From: Patescibacteria group bacterium
GTDB lineage: Bacteria; Patescibacteriota; Patescibacteriia; Patescibacteriales; UBA12465
Assembly (NCBI GenBank): GCA_041650715.1
Contig: JBAZKQ010000002.1
Location: 9,568 to 73,567 of the forward strand
Length of the DNA: 64,000 bases
Direction of reading: 5' to 3'
Positions 57,726 to 63,818 of the stretch are shown here, piece after piece. A program made the position numbers and the translations under genes. Position 1 is the stretch's first letter. Every line of letters begins with the position of its first letter. The notes under the pieces are model-generated. The model did no database searches and was not told the origin of the DNA. It was given only the letters and a program-made list of their open reading frames with translations.

Positions 57726-58403
57726 ATGAGTGTTGCACTAAAGTTTAAAGAATTTCAAAAAGAATCAAAAAGGGCCCAATATGGGATAGGCCATGAGTTT
57801 GGTCTGATTTTATCATTAATTGATTTTGGGAATGTTGATTATTGGTATGAATTTGATAATTTTAATCGAGATGGAAAAGCCTTAAAGGATAACGAAAAGT
57901 TAAATGTTGACCTAGAATATTTAAAACAATTCTGTGATTTATTTTCTTATAATTCAAAATTTTATTTTGGTTTGGATTCTAAGAAAAAAGAATCAATACA
58001 TTTAATAGCTTCAGCTAGAAATTTTTTTGGTAAAACGAATGTTGTAACAAAAGAAATACAATATATACAACATTATTTAAATGATTTAGAAAAAAAGGAG
58101 AATACTCGCTCGGTAACTTACGATATTCATGGACAATATATAAAAATACCAAAGTGCAATTTTGATGTAGAAATCTGCATTGATGCCATTAGATTGGCTG
58201 ATAAATATGACACCCTATGTTTATTTTCCGGAGACGCTGACTTTACGGCGTTGTTAAGATTTTTAAAATATCAAAAGAAGAAAATAATTTTGATTAAAGG
58301 CGGGCGCGTGCTTCATAGTTTAGTAAAAGCCTCCGATTTAGTCATTAATGCTCAGGAAATAAAAAATGAATTAGTCTTTATAAAGCAAAAATCCCGCCGA
58401 TAG
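57726..58403 (+). CDS. NYN/LabA-like (PIN-related) ribonuclease-domain protein
   Basis: NYN motif order: LIDFGNVDYW, then KCNFDVEICIDAIRLA, then LFSGDADFTALLRFLKYQKKKIILI. Confidence 0.6.
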   Translation: MSVALKFKEFQKESKRAQYGIGHEFGLILSLIDFGNVDYWYEFDNFNRDGKALKDNEKLNVDLEYLKQFCDLFSYNSKFYFGLDSKKKESIHLIASARNFFGKTNVVTKEIQYIQHYLNDLEKKENTRSVTYDIHGQYIKIPKCNFDVEICIDAIRLADKYDTLCLFSGDADFTALLRFLKYQKKKIILIKGGRVLHSLVKASDLVINAQEIKNELVFIKQKSRR

Positions 58404-58568
58404 GCGAGATTTGCGGATCTCGGACCCGAATCCACGGGCAGGGCAATAAAAATTTATTGCAATTAAAATATACAATAATAAATTTGTATTGTCAAGGAAA
58501 TCATAATTTTTTTATCCGCTCAAGATATTGCCGCTTTTAGAATAACAGTCCAAAATTCTATCGGGTAA

Positions 58569-59573
58569 CTACTTATTAGTTTTAATTAACCTTTCAGTAT
58601 TTAGTTTTTTTATATAGGCATCATAGCGTCTGTATGATTTTTCTTTTGCAATTAGGCTCCTTTTTTCTTTTACATTTGTATTACTATCTTTTAATTTTTC
58701 TTTTACAAAACTTCTTTTTCTAAGCGTATTTGCGCCAGCAATGACTTTATTCCTACAAAGCTTTAGGCCTAAATGTTCTACATTTCCTGTCGTATATGAT
58801 GAAATATTTTTTTTGTCGTTTAATAAAAGCGAATGGTTTGTGTCGTAGTTTTTTAAAATACTCTCAATTTTATCATAAACCTCATTCATTAAATCCTCAC
58901 TAACGTTATATGCGCTAATTCCGATGTCATCAACATATATGGTTAATCTTGGGTTATGGCCCTTAAGCATTTTTTTAACAGCCCAGCTAACTCTTAAAAA
59001 TAAATCTAAATTACACAATGTTGCAAGCCTGGTTGATGTGGCAAACCCCCGAGCAATGGTTTTTCTTTTTGAATTACTATTTTTTTGTCCGACTGACACG
59101 CAACACAAATTAGCTATTAATTTAGAAGCTTTTTTGCTACACCCACATTTATTATTTAGAAGGATTTCAATACGTTTGCTGTCATTTTGTTCAAAAAAAC
59201 GTCTAATGTCTGCCCCAAGCTTAATTCTTTTTCGATGGCCACCAAGCAAACTAAGACTTGCCTGTATGTGATTTTTTTTCGAGACTCCGCCAAAAATAAA
59301 ATCGGGTAATATTTTATCAGTGGGGGCTAAAACTTTTTTATTAATTAAATTTAATAATTTACCGAGAGGGTTGCCATATGAGGTTCTAACGTATTTTTCA
59401 TTTTTAAAATCAGATGCTTTTATGTTGTCTCTCCAATATTTGTCATAATTAGCCAAAACGTCATTAATTAAAATTAGCGCCTCACCATGGGTAAAATTAC
59501 TTCCTGATATTCTTTTTGCTAATTCATTCTTGCTTCTGATATTTATATTGGGATAACGATTATTTTCTGGCAT
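58569..59573 (-). CDS. Stand-alone reverse transcriptase (compact, unclassified)
   Basis: - RT motif 1: LGKLLNLINKKVLAP.
- Motif 2: FGGVSKKNHIQAS...LGADIRRFFEQN.
- Motifs 3/4: ARGFATSTRLATLCNLDL.
- Motif 5: YVDD, encoded at 58926-58937 (checked by hand).
- Motifs 6/7: LLLNDKKN...VEHLGLKL.
- Lys-rich helical tail. No fused effector, maturase or endonuclease domain. Confidence 0.8.
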   Translation of the reverse strand: MPENNRYPNINIRSKNELAKRISGSNFTHGEALILINDVLANYDKYWRDNIKASDFKNEKYVRTSYGNPLGKLLNLINKKVLAPTDKILPDFIFGGVSKKNHIQASLSLLGGHRKRIKLGADIRRFFEQNDSKRIEILLNNKCGCSKKASKLIANLCCVSVGQKNSNSKRKTIARGFATSTRLATLCNLDLFLRVSWAVKKMLKGHNPRLTIYVDDIGISAYNVSEDLMNEVYDKIESILKNYDTNHSLLLNDKKNISSYTTGNVEHLGLKLCRNKVIAGANTLRKRSFVKEKLKDSNTNVKEKRSLIAKEKSYRRYDAYIKKLNTERLIKTNK

Positions 59574-59889
59574 ATTTTTTTAAATTTTTCGCTTTTTTGC
59601 TTATTAGTGATATTTGCAATTTTTCACCTAATTTTATCATTTCTTCTTCTATTTTAGTTAAGCTGATTTTACTAATATCAATATTTCCATATAAAAAAGG
59701 GGTGATCGAATTAGGATGCACCTCAAGTTTGTCAGCTAAATTCAATATAAATTTTTTAGATATTTCTTTTTGTCCAGATTCTATCATCGAAACCAATACC
59801 GTAGAAACAGAAAGAGCGTTCGCAAGCTCCTCTTGAGTCAATCCACTATTTTTTCTAATTTCTTTTAATAATTCAGGGAATGATACCAT
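59560..59889 (-). CDS. XRE-family helix-turn-helix protein
   Basis: HTH_3 pattern LKEIRKNSGLTQEELANALSVSTVLVSMIESGQKEIS. Its 3' end overlaps the RT start codon by 14 nt. Confidence 0.8.
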   Translation of the reverse strand: MVSFPELLKEIRKNSGLTQEELANALSVSTVLVSMIESGQKEISKKFILNLADKLEVHPNSITPFLYGNIDISKISLTKIEEEMIKLGEKLQISLISKKAKNLKKYARK

Positions 59890-59896
59890 AAAGAGA

Positions 59897-60052
59897 TTAC
59901 AGGGCGACTATTTTATGAGGTCTACGATGATATGGGCAATCTGCAAAAGTATTTGCATTATTACACATAATCTTCGCGTGTTTTTCATAAATAGCCGCCC
60001 CTAAAATTGAAGGGCACAAATTAAAACTTTTAACTTTGGCTTTCATAATCAT
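59897..60052 (-). CDS. Possible 51-aa Cys/His-containing small ORF, first gene of the RT operon (not in the ORF track)
   Basis: Hand translation gives MIMKAKVKSFNLCPSILGAAIYEKHAKIMCNNANTFADCPYHRRPHKIVAL. The stop lies 7 nt upstream of the HTH ATG. No convincing Shine-Dalgarno sequence. Confidence 0.3.
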   Translation of the reverse strand: MIMKAKVKSFNLCPSILGAAIYEKHAKIMCNNANTFADCPYHRRPHKIVAL

Positions 60053-60454
60053 ATGGGTTTAGTTATTATTTGAATAATAAGGGACCTTTATAAAAATGAT
60101 TACCTAATTTTCTTGTGACCATCATCACCGTGGTACCCTCCAACAATAAACTTTGATGATCAAAAGATTATCAAGCAATCACTGTCAGAACATGAATGTT
60201 AGCTGTATATTATTTATAAATAATTAATATATGCGCTAAAAGTTCTGCGCTAGAGCAAATGTAGCATTAGTCTTATTAGCGCAAAGCATTGAGCATGGCG
60301 TTATAATAAGATGACACATTAATTTACTCTCCCGGAAAAAATCTTTCCTTTTAAGATAGCAAAGAGAAAGAGACAGATATCAAGATGGATATCTAAAATA
60401 ACGGTTAAGCGTAGTCACAAAATTTTAATTTGTTAATATACTATCCTAGTTAAT

Positions 60455-60483
60455 ATATTATACTTTTTGTATAAGTATGTCAA
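60455..60483 (-). promoter_or_regulatory. Near-consensus promoter reading toward the RT operon
   Basis: On the minus strand, TTGACA (60483-60478) is followed either by a 17-nt spacer and TAATAT (60460-60455), or by a 15-nt spacer and TATAAT (60462-60457). Confidence 0.5.
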
Positions 60484-60637
60484 GGGTGTCCATGGGGTGT
60501 GCTCCTGGCAAGCACACCAAACTCCCCAATATTAAAGATTGAGTTAAATTACCCCCTTCCTATATTGCCTCCCCACAAAAAATTGCGCCGCCATTGTGAT
60601 CGAAAAGTGATAAATTTCTTTTTTTGTGATAATAGTC

Positions 60638-60667
60638 AAAAACTACCCTAACCATAAGGTAGTTTTT
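60638..60667. terminator. Symmetric hairpin with flanking A-run and T-run (bidirectional terminator-like)
   Basis: aaaaactacc (60638-60647) pairs with ggtagttttt (60658-60667). The loop is ctaaccataa. Confidence 0.55.
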
Positions 60668-60780
60668 TGTACCCCCAAAACCCTATTTCCTTGAATCTTA
60701 TTAATAGTTGACTAAAATAGAGCTATTATGATATATTTTTTTGTCATACAAATAATGTCGAACCTTTAAAATTTATAGCC

Positions 60781-61194
60781 ATGAAAAGCAAAACTGTATT
60801 ACTAATTGAACCCAATCGGAGTATTCGGGAAAACCTGAAAAACTCCTTGGAGGCCATCGGCGATAAAGTGTTTATTGCCAAGGACGAAGATGAAGCATTG
60901 GGTGTTTTAAAAGGGAATGAAATAGATGTAATTATAATTGAGCCTCTTTTAAATACTGATTTTTTGAGTAATAAAAAAGAGTTCATAAGAAATGTTTTGT
61001 CTGGTGGCACTGGTGCCGTATTAATAAGCAACATCAGGACAGCTTATAGGAAAAAGTTTGATACAATATTCTACACGGTAGTTTCCGCAAGCAAACTTTT
61101 CGCTATTAGCCCCGAATTAGAAGATGTTATTTACATTCGCAAGCCGCAGTCCACTGAATTCATAATTCTGGTAGTCCATAGTGAGGGAGGGTAG
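60781..61194 (+). CDS. Stand-alone receiver-like (pseudo-REC) domain protein
   Basis: CheY-like layout: VLLIEPN replaces the acidic DD pocket. DVIIIEPLL puts Glu where the phospho-acceptor Asp normally sits. The conserved Lys-Pro is present (IRKP). Upstream promoter TTGACT-N18-TATATT with an extended TG. Confidence 0.5.
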   Translation: MKSKTVLLIEPNRSIRENLKNSLEAIGDKVFIAKDEDEALGVLKGNEIDVIIIEPLLNTDFLSNKKEFIRNVLSGGTGAVLISNIRTAYRKKFDTIFYTVVSASKLFAISPELEDVIYIRKPQSTEFIILVVHSEGG

Positions 61195-61266
61195 TCAATC
61201 GAATCAAAGAAACAAATAGGAAACCAAAATGACAGGATTCGTTCAAACAACCATAAAAACTTAACC

Positions 61267-61776
61267 ATGAAAGAGCCAGTTAATTCACCAAAACATTTCC
61301 ACGAATCAATTGTGGGCGTAATCGAAAAATGCAAGGACACGGACGCGCCATTATTGATCGACCTGATTACCGGTACAAAAATTGTAAATAATTACGATGC
61401 CATCGTTTGGGCCTTGTCAAAAAAGGCTGCGGTATTTGGAAAAGCTTACATAGACCTGGTTAATAGTGTCATTCTGCAAAAAACAAATGATTATCATCTA
61501 TTTATGAATGACGCCGATAACCTCGAACAAGCATTAGAATTTGGCTTTGAATTTCTCCCCCTTGGATCGGAATATTTAGGACCAAGAAGGAAAATCCGAT
61601 TAATGCGAAATTGTCTGGTTACGGGTTCTCCAATGGTGGCTGAAATTGCAGTAATTGATGCTGAAGCGAATGATCGGCGTATAGTGCTTACTGCCGCCTG
61701 GGGAAAAGATGATAAAATTTATCGCTTCCAAAAAAATTGGCCGGGCGATATCAAAGACTGGTCTGATAAGTGGTAG
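61267..61776 (+). CDS. Hypothetical protein (169 aa), co-oriented with the REC-like gene
   Basis: No recognisable family. Followed by terminator ggggaac..gttcctc plus T-run at about 61812-61840. Confidence 0.45.
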   Translation: MKEPVNSPKHFHESIVGVIEKCKDTDAPLLIDLITGTKIVNNYDAIVWALSKKAAVFGKAYIDLVNSVILQKTNDYHLFMNDADNLEQALEFGFEFLPLGSEYLGPRRKIRLMRNCLVTGSPMVAEIAVIDAEANDRRIVLTAAWGKDDKIYRFQKNWPGDIKDWSDKW

Positions 61777-61850
61777 CAATTTGCACCAACAATAAAAAAG
61801 ATTATAAATCGAAGGGGAACTAATAAAGTTCCTCTTTTTTAATAGCTTAT

Positions 61851-61877
61851 AAAAAACGCCATTTTTGGTGGCGTTTG
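61851..61877 (-). terminator. Intrinsic terminator, copy 1 of an identical 27-nt repeat
   Basis: aaaaaacgccatttttggtggcgtttg. On the minus strand the stem is aaacgcca/tggcgttt followed by a T-run. An identical copy lies at 62296-62322. Confidence 0.8.
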
Positions 61878-61903
61878 TTGTGTGTCTAAGGAGACGACTG
61901 TTT

Positions 61904-62191
61904 TTAGGTTTCTAAATAATCAGCCAGAGCGTCTTTTGAGATTTTGCTTAAGCAAAGTCCAACTGTCTGGCCCTTGGTGGCGGAGTTGACCTCATCATGA
62001 AAGAACTCAATTCTTTTAATGTGTTCTTTGATTGGTGTTTTATAACCGTTTTCGATTTTGACGTCATCTCCTTTAGAGATGGTGCCATTAGTGACTTCAC
62101 CTACGGCCATAAGTCCGCAGGTCTCTTGCTGTACTTGGTACACGGTAACCAGAGAGCCGTCTGTAGTGACCATAATAAATTTGAGATTCAT
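61904..62191 (-). CDS. Stand-alone EF-Tu domain-II-like beta-barrel protein, paralog 1
   Basis: 95 aa. CGLMAVGEVTNGTISKGDDVKI...IKRIEFFHDEVNSATKGQTVGLCL follows the EF-Tu/IF2/SelB domain II pattern (G.v..G.v..G.i..Gd.v.i ... i.sie.....v..A..G..vgl.l). Confidence 0.55.
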   Translation of the reverse strand: MNLKFIMVTTDGSLVTVYQVQQETCGLMAVGEVTNGTISKGDDVKIENGYKTPIKEHIKRIEFFHDEVNSATKGQTVGLCLSKISKDALADYLET

Positions 62192-62232
62192 GGGACTTTC
62201 TTTTTTTTAAATATTTATAAAGTTCTAACTAC

Positions 62233-62261
62233 AAATTAACAAAAATGGTGGTACCTGGCAA
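62233..62261 (-). promoter_or_regulatory. Promoter of paralog 1
   Basis: On the minus strand, TTGCCA (62261-62256), a 17-nt spacer, then TAATTT (62238-62233). Confidence 0.5.
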
Positions 62262-62295
62262 GCGACCCGACTATTATTTTTAGAAAAGTATAAAT

Positions 62296-62322
62296 AAAAA
62301 ACGCCATTTTTGGTGGCGTTTG
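62296..62322 (-). terminator. Intrinsic terminator, copy 2 of the identical 27-nt repeat
   Basis: The same 27-mer as at 61851-61877. Confidence 0.8.
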
Positions 62323-62343
62323 CTTTCTGCACTCGCGATGAGC

Positions 62344-62640
62344 CTACTGACTTTTATTAATTAAATAATCAATCAGAGCACTTTTAGAAGTTTGGCCTAA
62401 ACAGACTCCGACAAGTTCTCCTTGGATAGCGCCTCGGACTTCCTCGTGGTTTTTTTCAATTCTTTTTAGCCCATCGTAGATTGGCATCTTGTCGGCATTC
62501 TGGATACTGATCATTTCTCCCTTACTGAGACCTCCGCTTGTGATTTTGCCCACAGCTACAAGACCGCATGGTTTTTGCATTATTTGGTCAACATCCATGA
62601 CTCCTCCGCTTCCGGAAATTAGCTTAAATTTTAGCTTCAT
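62344..62640 (-). CDS. Stand-alone EF-Tu domain-II-like beta-barrel protein, paralog 2
   Basis: 98 aa and alignable end to end with 61904-62191. Compare MKLKF/MNLKF, CGLVAVGKITSGGLSKGEMISI, RIEKNHEEVRGAIQGELVGVCL and ALIDYL/ALADYL. Confidence 0.55.
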   Translation of the reverse strand: MKLKFKLISGSGGVMDVDQIMQKPCGLVAVGKITSGGLSKGEMISIQNADKMPIYDGLKRIEKNHEEVRGAIQGELVGVCLGQTSKSALIDYLINKSQ

Positions 62641-62683
62641 CGCTCAATGTATTTTTGGTTAATATTAGGAATGAACTAAATGT

Positions 62684-62712
62684 AAATTAACAAAAAAGAT
62701 GAAATATTGCAA
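62684..62712 (-). promoter_or_regulatory. Promoter of paralog 2
   Basis: On the minus strand, TTGCAA (62712-62707), a 17-nt spacer, then TAATTT (62689-62684). The geometry and the TTTTTGTTAATTT core match the paralog 1 promoter. Confidence 0.5.
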
Positions 62713-62752
62713 GAACCAAACTTCCCCTTTTAAATTATGATATAATTAATCT

Positions 62753-63136
62753 ATGAATATCCAATTACAAAATCTCGTAAAAGAATTATTAAGCCTCCAT
62801 AAACTATTGCTTGACGGGCAGCGGGCGGAATATGAATTAAAAAATGGAGTAGTCTTAAATAATAATGATTATTTTAATTTGGTCGTTAACCATTCCGACT
62901 TTAAGTGGTTGCGCGCGCTTTCGGAAGTGATTGCTATAATTGATGAGGAATCGGAACAAGGCGAAGATAATAAAGATAAAGTCAGCGCGCTCTTAATGAA
63001 TTTAGAAAAAATGCTAAGGGCCGAAGGGTCTGAAGATGAGTTTTCCCTTAAGTTTCGCTCGGCTTTGGCCGGCAGTGATATTTTAGCAGACCGGAAAGAA
63101 TTGGTACTGACAAAAATTAAAGAATTGCTTCGTTAA
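62753..63136 (+). CDS. Hypothetical acidic helical protein (127 aa)
   Basis: No recognisable family. A terminator-like caggctcccacctg plus T-run follows. Confidence 0.4.
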   Translation: MNIQLQNLVKELLSLHKLLLDGQRAEYELKNGVVLNNNDYFNLVVNHSDFKWLRALSEVIAIIDEESEQGEDNKDKVSALLMNLEKMLRAEGSEDEFSLKFRSALAGSDILADRKELVLTKIKELLR

Positions 63137-63218
63137 TTTCAAAATAAGCAAAACAAAAAGCAGGCTCCCACCTGTTTTTTTGTATTGAAAAGCTTTTGGG
63201 ATATTACTCTGAAAAAGT

Positions 63219-63659
63219 TTAACGCCGGACGAAGATTGTTTCACCATTGTCGGTGAGCGGAGCGGAAACGGTTACTTGTCCGGAGTCATCCTTAGAAATC
63301 ATATAAGTAATCCCGTTCGTCGAACCGCCGGCCGGATCTATCGGCAGGACGCTTAAATATTTTTCGTTAGCGGTTAAAACGGAGAGATTAATTAGTCCGG
63401 CGCAGTTGCCTCCCGTTTTGCAGATTTCAGTCGAGGTGGCGGTAATAGTTCGGGGAAGCGTACCGTGATTATCAGCTGCATATTGTGAAACCGCGTCAAG
63501 AATTCGGCTGACATCGACGCGCCTTTGCATATTGTTTTTGTCGCCCAGCTTGTCGCCGGGGTTAAAAGCAAAAACCGCCACGCCCGTTAAAATAAAAAGG
63601 GCAGTTATAACCAGTAGGACCTCCAAAAGGGCAAAGCCCCGATAATTAGAATTTTTCAT
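63219..63659 (-). CDS. Type IV pilin-like protein (prepilin N-terminal methylation motif)
   Basis: Start trimmed to MKNSNYRGFALLEVLLVITALFIL at 63659. This gives the class III signal G|FxLxE followed by a hydrophobic helix. Confidence 0.75.
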   Translation of the reverse strand: MKNSNYRGFALLEVLLVITALFILTGVAVFAFNPGDKLGDKNNMQRRVDVSRILDAVSQYAADNHGTLPRTITATSTEICKTGGNCAGLINLSVLTANEKYLSVLPIDPAGGSTNGITYMISKDDSGQVTVSAPLTDNGETIFVRR

Positions 63660-63818
63660 AGGATTAAGATTAAAGTATGGGGATTGAACCCACTTAATAT
63701 TATAACACACCATATTACCTACTTATTGACTAAATTACTAAAATATGTTATATTTAAGTTAGACATTGCGTCATATATTGATTAAAATAGAGGAGACACA
63801 TATTAATCATTTGAGCCC

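Noticed and set aside
58404-58450. A G+C-richer patch after the NYN gene (cgagatttgcggatctcggacccgaatccacgggcagggc) as a tRNA fragment or att site
   Set aside because: It contains a 6-bp hairpin, but I found no convincing match to the 3' ends of tRNA-Gly, tRNA-Leu or tmRNA. It is probably just a weak terminator region.
58569-59573. The RT as a group II intron maturase
   Set aside because: At 334 aa it has no X/maturase or endonuclease region. No domain V-like hairpin or intron boundary motifs flank the ORF. It is translationally coupled to an HTH gene, which is not an intron architecture.
58569-60700. The RT as part of a diversity-generating retroelement, a common RT type in CPR genomes
   Set aside because: Motif 4 has ST rather than the DGR-typical SQ. 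There is no Avd- or HRDC-like accessory gene. I could find no roughly 100-bp template/variable repeat pair near the RT or at the 3' end of neighbouring genes by eye. A computed self-alignment is still needed to be sure.
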